Source: Bacteroidales bacterium | GTDB taxonomy: Bacteria > Bacteroidota > Bacteroidia > Bacteroidales > TTA-H9 | Direction of reading: 5' to 3' | Length of the DNA: 64,000 bases | Assembly: GCA_030656615.1 (NCBI GenBank) | Contig: JAUSOY010000017.1 | Coordinates: 50,153 to 114,152 of the forward strand | Shown: piece by piece, positions 1 to 8,782 of the stretch | Position numbering within the stretch: position 1 is the first letter of the stretch | Layout: each line of letters starts with the position of its first letter | Notes under the pieces: generated by a model | Told to the model about the DNA's origin: nothing | Databases searched by the model: none | The model's input: only the letters and a program-made list of their open reading frames with translations | Translations under genes and position numbers: made by a program

Positions 1-145
1 CGAACGACATCCGCTCAGGTAGGCTAAGCATATCGTTCGAATAAGAGGCAAAAATAACACCGGAATCCTGCACCGGGTATTCACCGGTATAAATGAGTGA
101 TCCCGGGGGGAGTCCTAACTTTTTTGTGTATTTTCCTTTCGACAT
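1..145 (-). CDS. corA: magnesium/cobalt transporter CorA, N-terminal fragment (gene runs off the window start)
   Basis: A minus-strand ATG (CAT at 143-145) opens MSKGKYTKKLGLPPGSLIYTGEYPVQDSGVIF... This matches the conserved KKGLPPG(S/T)L(I/V)YTG N-terminus of CorA (compare Thermotoga CorA). The frame stays open to the window edge. Confidence 0.6.
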   Translation of the reverse strand, partial: MSKGKYTKKLGLPPGSLIYTGEYPVQDSGVIFASYSNDMLSLPERMSF

Positions 146-164
146 ATTACTGGTTATTAAAGAA

Positions 165-776
165 TTAATTCTTCAACCCCTCTTTTTCTGAATTACATGA
201 AATTGCTATCTCTGAACAAAAAGAAATCAAATCGGGCATGAGTATATTGAAATCCTCTTCAAAAGCATTGTAGTGCAGTAATAAAAAATCAGTAGCATAT
301 TCCATTTCTGACTTAAAACGAGTGCGTCTGGACATACCTTCAAAAACTCTTTTTAAAAAATCAATCGATGAGTAATTCAACAACCAATTATCACCTTTCA
401 TAAATGGGAAAATTTTTCGGGTGATTGGTGGCAATATTTCCCAATACTCCTCAATGATTTCGTAGTGCCGCAACGTGTATGTTTCGAGGTTTTCGGATGA
501 AAACCGAATCCAGTCTTTTGCTAGGTAATGATCAAAAAAAATATCGGTTATTACTCCTGAAAATTTAGCAAAACGTGGCTGTAAAATAATTCGCGAATGG
601 CGATGCGCATGATGTTGATCGGTATAAGTATCAATCTTCCGGTGCAGTTGAATTCCTTCTTGTATACAAGACGAAAAAGTATTGATGGTGCTGCCTTTTA
701 CTGCATCCGCAATAAAATTACCCAGGATAATTTCTTTTTCAGGAGGTGAGAGTACCAAGTGCGCTAAAAAATTCAT
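165..776 (-). CDS. acpH: acyl carrier protein phosphodiesterase (AcpH family)
   Basis: 203 aa. The N-terminus MNFLAHLVLSP...GNFIADAVKG and the ~200 aa length are typical of AcpH. Confidence 0.7.
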   Translation of the reverse strand: MNFLAHLVLSPPEKEIILGNFIADAVKGSTINTFSSCIQEGIQLHRKIDTYTDQHHAHRHSRIILQPRFAKFSGVITDIFFDHYLAKDWIRFSSENLETYTLRHYEIIEEYWEILPPITRKIFPFMKGDNWLLNYSSIDFLKRVFEGMSRRTRFKSEMEYATDFLLLHYNAFEEDFNILMPDLISFCSEIAISCNSEKEGLKN

Positions 777-838
777 ATAACGATATTTTCAGTGATTGCA
801 ATGTACGGCATAAAGACCAAAGGTTGCTAAAAAAATCT

Positions 839-846
839 TAGCTTTG
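839..846 (+). promoter_or_regulatory. Bacteroidota-type -7 promoter box (TAGCTTTG) upstream of iorA
   Basis: Perfect TAnnTTTG match. The G of the box lies 24 nt before the iorA ATG. Confidence 0.45.
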
Positions 847-869
847 CCTCAAAGAAAAATTGTGTAAAG

Positions 870-2483
870 ATGCAAAAACTGATACTTCTGGGCGATGAGG
901 CTATCGCACAAGGTGCTATAGATGCCGGGATATCCGGAATATATGCTTATCCGGGCACTCCATCCACCGAAATTACTGAATACGTACATGCTTCCAAAGA
1001 AGCCCGTAAAAAAAACATTAAGGCCAGTTGGGCAGCCAACGAAAAAACAGCCATGGAACAAGCTCTGGGCATGTCATATGCCGGAAAACGTACGATGGTT
1101 TGTATGAAACACGTCGGCTTAAATGTGGCCGCTGATCCATTTATGAATTCTGCAGTTACTGGTGCCAATGGCGGACTCATTGTGGTTGCTGCCGATGACC
1201 CGTCGATGCATAGTTCACAAAATGAGCAGGATTCAAGGTTTTATGGCAAATTTGCTATGATTCCTATCCTTGAGCCTTCAAATCAACAAGAGGCTTATGA
1301 TATGGTTCACTACGGCTTTGAATTGTCGGAAAAATTCCGTCTTCCCGTAATGATGCGCATTACTACACGCCTGGCTCATTCGCGTTCAGGGGTGACCCGT
1401 GTTCCAAGCAGAGAGCAAAATGAGATTTCACTGCCTTCCAATTTACGTCAGTTTGTATTGCTTCCGGCCATTGCACGCAAACAATACAAAGACCTTTTAA
1501 AGCAGCAAAATCCGCTGGCAACAGAATCTGAAATGTCAGGCAACAATATTTATTTGGATAATTCCGATCATAAAATGGGAATTATCGCTTGTGGTATTGC
1601 CTACAATTATTTAATGGAAAATTATGAGGACAGGCATGTGCCATATCCTGTATTAAAACTTACCCAATATCCATTGCCCCGCAAGCAGATAGAAAAAATG
1701 GCTTCCGAATGCAATGAAATTCTTGTTCTCGAAGATGGCATGCCCGTAGTAGAAGAAATGCTTAAGGGATTTCTCGCTCAAGGTATTAAAATCAAAGGAC
1801 GGCTTGATGGTAGTATTCCCCGCGATGGGGAGTTAAATCCTAACATTGTAGCGGTTGCACTTGGTTTATCGGATAGCCGGGGTAAAAACATTCCGGAAAT
1901 CGTGGTGGGCCGTCCTCCCTCACTCTGCCGTGGTTGCTCTCATTACGATTCGTATACTGCTCTGAATGAGGCACTCGAAGCATATTCAAAGGGACGCGTT
2001 TTTAGCGATATTGGTTGCTATACCCTTGGTGCTCTTGCGCCTTTGGAAGCCATCAATTCCTGCGTCGATATGGGCGCTTCAATTCCAATGGCCAAAGGGG
2101 CAGCCGATGCTGGTCTGGTACCTGCAATAGCTGTGATAGGCGATTCAACGTTTACTCATTCAGGAATGACTGGTCTATTGGATGCCATTATCGAAAACAC
2201 TCCAATTACTGTTGTCATACTCGATAATAGCACGACCGGAATGACCGGTGGACAACCTTCTGCTGCATACGGCCGAATTCCTGCTATTTGCAAGGGCCTG
2301 GGTGTGGCTGAAGAGCATATTAGAATCTTGAAACCTCTTAAAAAATATCATGCCGAAAACGTTGCTATTTTTAAAGAAGAGATAGAATATCAAGGGATTT
2401 CTGTAATTATTCCAACCAGAGAATGTATTCAAACTCTTGGAAAACGCGTTAAAGCAGGTTTCAAGGCAAAAAGCATTGAATAA
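870..2483 (+). CDS. iorA: indolepyruvate:ferredoxin oxidoreductase, alpha subunit
   Basis: 537 aa. The N-terminus LLGDEAIAQGAIDAGISGIYAYPGTPSTEI and the TPP-binding region GDSTFTHSGMTGLLDA are present, and an IorB-like gene follows. Confidence 0.85.
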   Translation: MQKLILLGDEAIAQGAIDAGISGIYAYPGTPSTEITEYVHASKEARKKNIKASWAANEKTAMEQALGMSYAGKRTMVCMKHVGLNVAADPFMNSAVTGANGGLIVVAADDPSMHSSQNEQDSRFYGKFAMIPILEPSNQQEAYDMVHYGFELSEKFRLPVMMRITTRLAHSRSGVTRVPSREQNEISLPSNLRQFVLLPAIARKQYKDLLKQQNPLATESEMSGNNIYLDNSDHKMGIIACGIAYNYLMENYEDRHVPYPVLKLTQYPLPRKQIEKMASECNEILVLEDGMPVVEEMLKGFLAQGIKIKGRLDGSIPRDGELNPNIVAVALGLSDSRGKNIPEIVVGRPPSLCRGCSHYDSYTALNEALEAYSKGRVFSDIGCYTLGALAPLEAINSCVDMGASIPMAKGAADAGLVPAIAVIGDSTFTHSGMTGLLDAIIENTPITVVILDNSTTGMTGGQPSAAYGRIPAICKGLGVAEEHIRILKPLKKYHAENVAIFKEEIEYQGISVIIPTRECIQTLGKRVKAGFKAKSIE

Positions 2484-2554
2484 ATTCAATTCATGGAATG
2501 AATGTTTAATCAATTATATGATATAACCTGGTCTTATAGTCTACAATGGAAAAT

Positions 2555-2593
2555 GCTGTCAAAAAATCAATCAGGATTGGTTAATTTGACAGC
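2555..2593 (+). other. stable hairpin in the iorA-iorB spacer (9-bp perfect stem GCTGTCAAA/TTTGACAGC)
   Basis: Read directly from the sequence. The loop can partly pair internally, and no U-tract follows the stem. Confidence 0.5.
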
Positions 2594-2647
2594 ACACGAA
2601 CTTTAATAACTTAAAACAAGACCAAATACAAAACAAAACAAAAACGG

Positions 2648-3229
2648 ATGAAAAACGACATTATACTTGCCGGAGTTGGGGGACAGGGCATTTTATCCAT
2701 AGCCACAATTATTGGTTCAGCTGCAGTTAAAGCAGATTTATTCGTTAAGCAAGCCGAAGTACATGGCATGAGTCAACGTGGCGGGGACGTTCAGTCACAT
2801 CTAAGACTTTCGAACCGTGAAATAGCATCTGACCTTATTCCTTTTGGTAAAGCCGACATGATTATTGCAGTAGAGCCAATGGAATCACTTCGGTATCTGC
2901 CTATGTTAAAACCAGGTGGATGGCTCATCAGTAATATCAACCCATTTATCAATATCCCGAATTATCCACCCATTGAAACGGTGATTGCTGAAATTGAAAA
3001 ATTCGATTGCCATATTGCGCTCGATGCCGATAAAATAGCCACCGAGTTGGGCTCACCACGTTCGGCTAATATGGTGATACTTGGCGCAGCTTCCCCTTTT
3101 ATTGATATTCCTTATTCTGAACTACAAGATGCAATACGGGCTGTTTTTGGAAGAAAAGGCGAAGAAGTTGTAAATATGAATCTTGCTGCTCTGGAAAAGG
3201 GTCGCGAATTTACCGAGCTGAATAAATAA
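2648..3229 (+). CDS. iorB: indolepyruvate:ferredoxin oxidoreductase, beta subunit
   Basis: 193 aa. The motif ILAGVGGQGILS...EVHGMSQRGG is typical of the pyruvate/ketoisovalerate oxidoreductase gamma-like IorB. The gene lies downstream of iorA. Confidence 0.8.
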   Translation: MKNDIILAGVGGQGILSIATIIGSAAVKADLFVKQAEVHGMSQRGGDVQSHLRLSNREIASDLIPFGKADMIIAVEPMESLRYLPMLKPGGWLISNINPFINIPNYPPIETVIAEIEKFDCHIALDADKIATELGSPRSANMVILGAASPFIDIPYSELQDAIRAVFGRKGEEVVNMNLAALEKGREFTELNK

Positions 3230-3252
3230 TAATCCATTACCCGAAAAAAATA

Positions 3253-3292
3253 CCATCCTCGGGCAGTCAAAACCTTGAGGGTGGTTTTTTAT
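3253..3292 (+). terminator. rho-independent terminator after iorB
   Basis: The stem CCATCCTC...GAGGGTGG (8 bp with one G-U pair) is followed by TTTTTTATTT. Confidence 0.5.
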
Positions 3293-3306
3293 TTAAATTA
3301 ATCCGG

Positions 3307-4650
3307 ATGAAGAAACGCTTCAAAGAAATACTATTACTCGTTATTGGGGGAATATTAATCATTTCATGGTCATACATTCTGTTTTTATCTTCAGTTACGC
3401 TGGAAGGAATACGAGGTGATGACACTCCCGAAGAAAATACTCCTCTTATATACGGTCTCAAAGCCGATAGCCAGTATGTGTATTTCGGACAAGTAAAGAA
3501 AAATCAGGTTTTAAGCGATATTTTATTGCCTCATGGCGTTAATTCTCAATCGGTATACGCACTCGTTCAAAAATCGCATGGGATTTTTGATGTACGAAAG
3601 ATAAAAACCGGAAATACCTATGCCATTATTTTTTCAAATGATAGTCTGCGTCAAGCAACGCATTTTATTTATGAAACAAGCATGATAAATTATGTGGTTT
3701 TCGATTTACGCGATACCATGAATATTTCAGAAGGTCAAAAACTCATTCAGCTTTCGCCCGATACAGCCACCGGGATAATACAATCATCTTTATGGAATGC
3801 CCTGGCCGGAGAAGAGGAGGGCATTGAACTGGCCCTTGCAATGGAAGACATCTACGGCTGGGCCGTCGATTTTTTTGCATTAAAAAAAAGCGATCAATTC
3901 AAAATAATGTATGATAAACTTGAAGTTGGTGGAAAATCAGCAGGAATAGGCCACATTCATTCGGCTGTTTTTACACATCATGGAATAGAGTATTACGCCT
4001 TTCGTTTTCAAGCCGATTCGAGCAGTAAACCGGATTATTTTGATGAAAAAGGACAAAGTCTGAGACGCGAATTCTTAAAAGCACCACTTAAATTCAGCCG
4101 TATAAGTTCCCGATTTAGTGGCAGTCGTTTTCATCCGGTATTAAAAATTTATCGCCCGCATCACGGTGTAGATTATGCAGCGCCCACAGGAACGCCCGTT
4201 CATAGCATTGGCGATGGAACTGTTATAGCCAAAGGATACACCGGTGGATATGGCAACATGGTAAAAGTGAGACACAACAGTTTATATAGCACGCAATATG
4301 CTCACCTATCGAAATATGCCAAAGGGATCGTTAACGGTGCAAGGGTTCGGCAAGGGCAGGTCATTGGATATGTAGGCGCTACCGGACTGGCCTCCGGACC
4401 ACATCTTGATTTTAGATTTTACAAAGCCGGGCATCCGGTGAATCCTTTAAAAGTTGAATCACCTCCTGCCGTTCCAGTCCCTTCAGAACATATGGAGTTC
4501 TTTATAAACAAGGCTCTAAGCGGAAAACAAAATCTGGATAATGTAAGAAACACCAAAGTTAAAAAATCAGGAATCCCCTGGCCTATTGGTATATTATTCA
4601 ATATATGGCCATTTACAGAAATCGAAAAAAATCAGGAATCTAATTATTAA
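3307..4650 (+). CDS. M23 family peptidoglycan metalloendopeptidase, membrane anchored
   Basis: 447 aa with an N-terminal TM helix. The M23 signature HHGVDYAAPTGTPVHSIGDGTV...GYVGATGLASGPHLDFR is present. Confidence 0.85.
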   Translation: MKKRFKEILLLVIGGILIISWSYILFLSSVTLEGIRGDDTPEENTPLIYGLKADSQYVYFGQVKKNQVLSDILLPHGVNSQSVYALVQKSHGIFDVRKIKTGNTYAIIFSNDSLRQATHFIYETSMINYVVFDLRDTMNISEGQKLIQLSPDTATGIIQSSLWNALAGEEEGIELALAMEDIYGWAVDFFALKKSDQFKIMYDKLEVGGKSAGIGHIHSAVFTHHGIEYYAFRFQADSSSKPDYFDEKGQSLRREFLKAPLKFSRISSRFSGSRFHPVLKIYRPHHGVDYAAPTGTPVHSIGDGTVIAKGYTGGYGNMVKVRHNSLYSTQYAHLSKYAKGIVNGARVRQGQVIGYVGATGLASGPHLDFRFYKAGHPVNPLKVESPPAVPVPSEHMEFFINKALSGKQNLDNVRNTKVKKSGIPWPIGILFNIWPFTEIEKNQESNY

Positions 4651-5050
4651 TGAATTTTTTCATCGAATCAAGAAGTTCAGCCATTTCAAAAGGTTTCGCT
4701 ATAAAGTCATTACATCCGGCCATTAAACAGGCCTCCTTATGTTCAGGTAACCCATAGGCCGTTTGAATAATTACCGGTAAGTTTTTATTGATTTTTCTTA
4801 TTTGGATGGTTGCTTCAATTCCACTCATTTCGGGCATTTGGATATCCATCAGGGCAATCTCTACATCCGGATTCGCCAATAGCATTTCAACGGCCTCGCG
4901 GCCATTTTGCGCCCAAATGATTTTTGCCTGAGTTCTTTTTAAATAATTCCTCAACAACCTAAAGGTCAAAGCATCATCTTCAGCAATCATAACCAGTTTA
5001 TTTGACCAATCGATTGCCTCGAAAGCAAAACCCTCTTCTATTGCGTTCAT
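4640..5050 (-). CDS. single-domain response regulator (CheY-like receiver only)
   Basis: 136 aa. It has the receiver fold motifs IAEDD...MDIQMPEMSG...AKPF and no output domain. Confidence 0.8.
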   Translation of the reverse strand: MNAIEEGFAFEAIDWSNKLVMIAEDDALTFRLLRNYLKRTQAKIIWAQNGREAVEMLLANPDVEIALMDIQMPEMSGIEATIQIRKINKNLPVIIQTAYGLPEHKEACLMAGCNDFIAKPFEMAELLDSMKKFINN

Positions 5051-5243
5051 AATGGGTTAAATTATTCAATAATAACTTAGTAATTCTCCTCTACTGTTAG
5101 AAATATCAGACAATATTGTAAGTATTTGACTCAAAGATATCAAAATAATTTCAAAAACATAATAAATATATTTCATATGTAGTATTTATTTGATAATCAA
5201 TAAGCATTATGCTATCTTATTAAAAAAATGTAAACCAAATCAG

Positions 5244-5251
5244 TAATTTTG
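5244..5251 (+). promoter_or_regulatory. -7 promoter box (TAATTTTG) immediately upstream of dusB
   Basis: Perfect TAnnTTTG match. The G lies only 5 nt before the A of the dusB ATG. Confidence 0.45.
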
Positions 5252-5255
5252 CGCG

Positions 5256-6233
5256 ATGTTTACAATTGGAAATACTCAATTTGAGGACAAGGCTGTTTTT
5301 TTGGCACCCCTTGAAGATATTACGGATCGCCCCTTCCGGCTCATTTGCAAAGAGCTTGGGGCCGATATGGTTTATACGGAATTTATTTCATCCGAGGGAT
5401 TAATCCGCGATGCCGAAAAAAGCAAAAGAAAATTGCTTTTTGAAGAAGCTGAAAGGCCAATTGGAATTCAAATTTTCGGACATCAAAAAGAGTCAATGGT
5501 TAGAGCAGCCATTGAAGCTGAAAGCGTTCAACCCGACCTTATTGACATAAACTGGGGATGTCCTGTTAGAAAAGTGGTCAGTAAAGGGGCAGGATCGGGT
5601 ATTCTTCAGGATGTGCCCCGTATGCTGGATATAACCCGGGCAGTAGTAAACGCTGTAAAGGTTCCTGTAACTGTTAAAACACGTCTTGGCTGGGACGAAA
5701 ACTCCCTTATAATCGATCAGATAGCGGAAGCCTTGCAGGATTGTGGCATTGCCGCCCTTACTATCCACGGCCGTACCCGATCACAATTATATGGCGGCAA
5801 TGCTGACTGGAGTCTTATTCGAAAAGTAAAGGAGAACACACGTATCCAAATTCCAATCATCGGAAATGGTGATATAACGGATTGTACAAAGGCAGAACAA
5901 GCGTTTAAAGATTACGGTGTTGATGCCATTATGGTTGGACGAGCCGCTATAGGCTACCCTTGGATTTTTCAGGAAATCAAACACTACCTTAAAACTGCTC
6001 AAATACCTGCACCACCTTCATCAGAAGAACGATATCAAACGCTTATCCGACATTTTAAAGCTGAGGTTCTGATGCGGGGTGATATTTTTGCCAGTTTGGA
6101 AATGCGAAAATTCTTTACACCTTACTATAAAGGCCTTCCAAACTTTAAGCCATTCAAAATGAGATTAATGCAAGCTACTTCCTTTCAAGAAGCTGAAAAT
6201 ATTTTGCAGGAAATACGCCAACATTATCAATAA
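5256..6233 (+). CDS. dusB: tRNA dihydrouridine synthase B
   Basis: 325 aa. The motifs LAPLEDITDRPFR, IDINWGCPVRKV and HGRTRSQLYGG are typical of the Dus family. Confidence 0.85.
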   Translation: MFTIGNTQFEDKAVFLAPLEDITDRPFRLICKELGADMVYTEFISSEGLIRDAEKSKRKLLFEEAERPIGIQIFGHQKESMVRAAIEAESVQPDLIDINWGCPVRKVVSKGAGSGILQDVPRMLDITRAVVNAVKVPVTVKTRLGWDENSLIIDQIAEALQDCGIAALTIHGRTRSQLYGGNADWSLIRKVKENTRIQIPIIGNGDITDCTKAEQAFKDYGVDAIMVGRAAIGYPWIFQEIKHYLKTAQIPAPPSSEERYQTLIRHFKAEVLMRGDIFASLEMRKFFTPYYKGLPNFKPFKMRLMQATSFQEAENILQEIRQHYQ

Positions 6234-6295
6234 TTTATCCACACCTGTTTCAAAATGAAAAAACTCAACCTATCTTTGAGTTCAGGTAAGAGTAT

Positions 6296-7675
6296 TTGTT
6301 TCATTTAATCCCTATCAATGTGGATCCATTAAAGGTATTTATCGTAGAAGATGATATAATAACAGCAAAAACACTGGCTGAGGCCCTTTCGAAAGAAGTG
6401 GGACAAGATGTACGTGTATTTTTTAATGGAAAAGATTTTCTGGATAATCTTCATGAAAACCCGGATGTAATTTCATTGGATTACTACCTGCCCGATTATA
6501 ATGGCAGCGAATTATTCAAAAGAATAAAACGCTATAATCCTGATATCCCGGTAATTATTGTATCCGGACAACAAGATGTTTCCACCGCTGTAGATTTACT
6601 TCGCAAAGGCGCATATGATTACCTTGTTAAGGATAAAAACATGCGATCCAGACTGGTAAATCTTATTGATAAAATCGCTCAAAATAAAAAGCTGCACCAA
6701 AAAATATCGGCCCTTGAGTTGGAGGTTGAGAAAAAATATCTCGAATACAACATTATCAAAGGAAACAGCCCAATCATGATGAGTGTATTTGACCTCATCG
6801 GCAAAGCGGCAAAAACGAACATCACCGTTTCCATTTCCGGCGAAACCGGAACAGGTAAAGAGTTGGTAGCGAAATCCATTCACTATAATTCCATTCGAAA
6901 AAAAGAGAACTTTATCGCCATCAATGTTAGTGCAATTCCTTCCGAACTTATCGAAAGTGAATTATTCGGACACGAAAAAGGCAGTTTTACCGGAGCCACA
7001 GGAAGACGCATCGGTAAGTTTGAAGAGGCTACTGGTGGGACATTATTTCTTGACGAAGTGGGTGAAATGGACTTAAATATGCAGGTCAAGCTCCTACGAG
7101 CTCTTCAGGAGGAAGAAATAACCCGCATTGGCAGCAACGAAGTCATCAAAATAGACGCAAGGATAATTGTTGCTACCAATAAAAACCTTGCAAATGAAGT
7201 AAAAATGGGTCACTTTCGTAAGGATTTGTATTTTAGATTATTGGGTCTCCCAATTGAATTACCTCCTCTTCGTAACCGTGGAAATGATATTATATTACTA
7301 GCAAGGAGTTTTGCTGATACTTTCTGTGATAAAAACAAATTTCCGCTCAAACGTTTCAGTGCTAAAGCTCAGGATAAACTAATGAAATACGCCTATCCCG
7401 GAAATGTGCGCGAATTAAAAGCCATTATTGAACTCGCCTGTGTACTTGAAGTGGGTGACGAAATTTCTGAATCATCAATAACTTTTACCGATTCAGAAAC
7501 TCAAAAAGACTTCCTTCTTGAGGAAAAATCACTGGATGAATACAACAACGACATTGTGAAGTTCTTTCTCGCTAAATATGAGGGAAATATAAAATTGGTT
7601 GCTGATATCCTTGGAATAGGAAAAACAACCATTTACCGTATGATTAAAAAAACGCCCGATATCATAGAATCCTAG
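6296..7675 (+). CDS. sigma-54-dependent response regulator (NtrC/Fis family: receiver, AAA+ and HTH domains)
   Basis: 459 aa. It has a receiver domain (VFIVEDD), Walker A GETGTGKE, the GAFTGA-like loop GSFTGA, and a C-terminal HTH. Only non-ATG starts are available upstream of the receiver (TTG 6296 or GTG 6320). Confidence 0.85.
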   Translation: MFHLIPINVDPLKVFIVEDDIITAKTLAEALSKEVGQDVRVFFNGKDFLDNLHENPDVISLDYYLPDYNGSELFKRIKRYNPDIPVIIVSGQQDVSTAVDLLRKGAYDYLVKDKNMRSRLVNLIDKIAQNKKLHQKISALELEVEKKYLEYNIIKGNSPIMMSVFDLIGKAAKTNITVSISGETGTGKELVAKSIHYNSIRKKENFIAINVSAIPSELIESELFGHEKGSFTGATGRRIGKFEEATGGTLFLDEVGEMDLNMQVKLLRALQEEEITRIGSNEVIKIDARIIVATNKNLANEVKMGHFRKDLYFRLLGLPIELPPLRNRGNDIILLARSFADTFCDKNKFPLKRFSAKAQDKLMKYAYPGNVRELKAIIELACVLEVGDEISESSITFTDSETQKDFLLEEKSLDEYNNDIVKFFLAKYEGNIKLVADILGIGKTTIYRMIKKTPDIIES

Positions 7676-8304
7676 TATTCTATCAGTCTGCCTAAATTGT
7701 CGAATAATTCGTTTATTTCTTTACTAATCAAATGATGAACCCTAAACCCCATGGCTTTAGCGGACTGAATATGCATAATCCCGTCGTCAATAAATAATGT
7801 TTCTTCTTTTATTATACCTGTTTGATTTATAACATAATCAAATGCAGAAGCTTCTGGTTTACGAACTCCAATTTGGTGAGACCAAAATGCTTTTTCAAAT
7901 AAATCGTTAAAATCATAGCCATACTTATTTCTAAAATCTGAATTATATACCTCGTAATGAATTTGATTCGTATTACTAAGCAAAAAAATGCGATAATGCG
8001 AGGCCGCTGTCTTCAATACCGATAACCGCTTGGCTGGTAAATCAAGAAGCAATGCGTTCCAGGCATAAAAAATCTGAGCATCTGTGAGATTCATACCCGC
8101 TAAGTAGCGAATACTGTCGGCGAATTGCTTACTACTGATGGTACCAATTTCGAGATCCCTGAAAAGATTCGTTTGAAGGTATCCGTCAAAAAGTTTATGA
8201 AATGAAGGAATACCAAGCTTCTGAAACTCAATATATGATCTGGTAAAATCAATATTCAAAAAGACCCCGCCAAAATCAAAAATGATATTTTTTATAGGTT
8301 TCAT
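7672..8304 (-). CDS. HAD-superfamily hydrolase (subfamily IA-like)
   Basis: The HAD motif I IIFDFGGV follows Met at 8304, and FIDD appears near the C-terminus. The longer tracked ORF (to 8400) runs into the tRNA promoter region, so I chose the internal ATG. Confidence 0.7.
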   Translation of the reverse strand: MKPIKNIIFDFGGVFLNIDFTRSYIEFQKLGIPSFHKLFDGYLQTNLFRDLEIGTISSKQFADSIRYLAGMNLTDAQIFYAWNALLLDLPAKRLSVLKTAASHYRIFLLSNTNQIHYEVYNSDFRNKYGYDFNDLFEKAFWSHQIGVRKPEASAFDYVINQTGIIKEETLFIDDGIMHIQSAKAMGFRVHHLISKEINELFDNLGRLIEY

Positions 8305-8357
8305 GACAATTAAACTGCTAATTTTGGATATATGGTTGCAAAAATGCATCAAATTTG

Positions 8358-8365
8358 TAAATTTG
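8358..8365 (+). promoter_or_regulatory. -7 promoter box (TAAATTTG) upstream of the tRNA
   Basis: Perfect TAnnTTTG match, 41 nt before the tRNA 5' end. Confidence 0.4.
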
Positions 8366-8405
8366 CAGCCTCTTTTCAAAATCCTTTTACAGGGAACCAT
8401 TTTTA

Positions 8406-8479
8406 GCGCCTATAGCTCAGACGGTTAGAGCAACTGACTCATAATCAGTAGGTCCCCGGTTCAAGTCCAGGTGGGCGCA
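8406..8479 (+). tRNA. tRNA with anticodon CAT (elongator Met or lysidine-modified Ile2; not an initiator)
   Basis: I folded the cloverleaf by hand. The acceptor stem is GCGCCTA/TGGGCGC, the D arm is GCTC/GAGC, the anticodon stem is ACTGA/TCAGT with loop CTCATAA, and the T arm is CCCGG-TTCAAGT-CCAGG with one C-A mismatch. The discriminator is A and CCA is not encoded. The G1-C72 pair argues against an initiator. Confidence 0.9.
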
Positions 8480-8486
8480 CCCGAAA

Positions 8487-8520
8487 GACCCGAATTTTAA
8501 TCAATTCGGGTCTTTTTTTT
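8487..8520 (+). terminator. rho-independent terminator after the tRNA
   Basis: A 10-bp perfect stem GACCCGAATT/AATTCGGGTC with a 6-nt loop is followed by T8. Confidence 0.85.
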
Positions 8521-8724
8521 GCGACAAAATACGTACTTTCAATAAGCATAAACACCAGACAATGCTTGACTAATCAGTTAATAACACATTGTTCTATTCT
8601 TCAGACATCGCTTTTACAAGAGTACGTCGTATATAATGAATAAAAAACGCTGGCTAAATATCAGAGAATTTCCTTTCTATCATCCGAAATCATCTTATCA
8701 TTATCGATATGTCGATAACATTTC

Positions 8725-8732
8725 TAATTTTG
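8725..8732 (+). promoter_or_regulatory. -7 promoter box (TAATTTTG) upstream of the SulP gene
   Basis: Perfect TAnnTTTG match, 51 nt before the ATG. Confidence 0.4.
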
Positions 8733-8782
8733 CAAACTGAAAAAGACAAGCGACACATTCCCTTGTTAACATATACAGATCT

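Noticed and set aside
849-1180. Minus-strand ORFs 849-1061 and 947-1180, and many similar 60-110-aa antisense or off-frame ORFs in the track (for example 2175-2513, 5493-5768, 6596-6883, 24202-24648, 28341-28667 and 36810-37177).
   Set aside because: They lie entirely within or antisense to long ORFs that have clear conserved motifs. Their sequences are low-complexity or biased, and they have no promoter box or independent signal.
8636-8740. Small basic 34-aa ORF (MNKKRWLNIREFPFYHPKSSYHYRYVDNISNFAN) between the tRNA and the SulP gene.
   Set aside because: I saw no promoter box upstream of it, it overlaps the predicted sulP promoter box (8725-8732), and it has no recognisable motif. It is most likely a chance ORF in AT-rich spacer.
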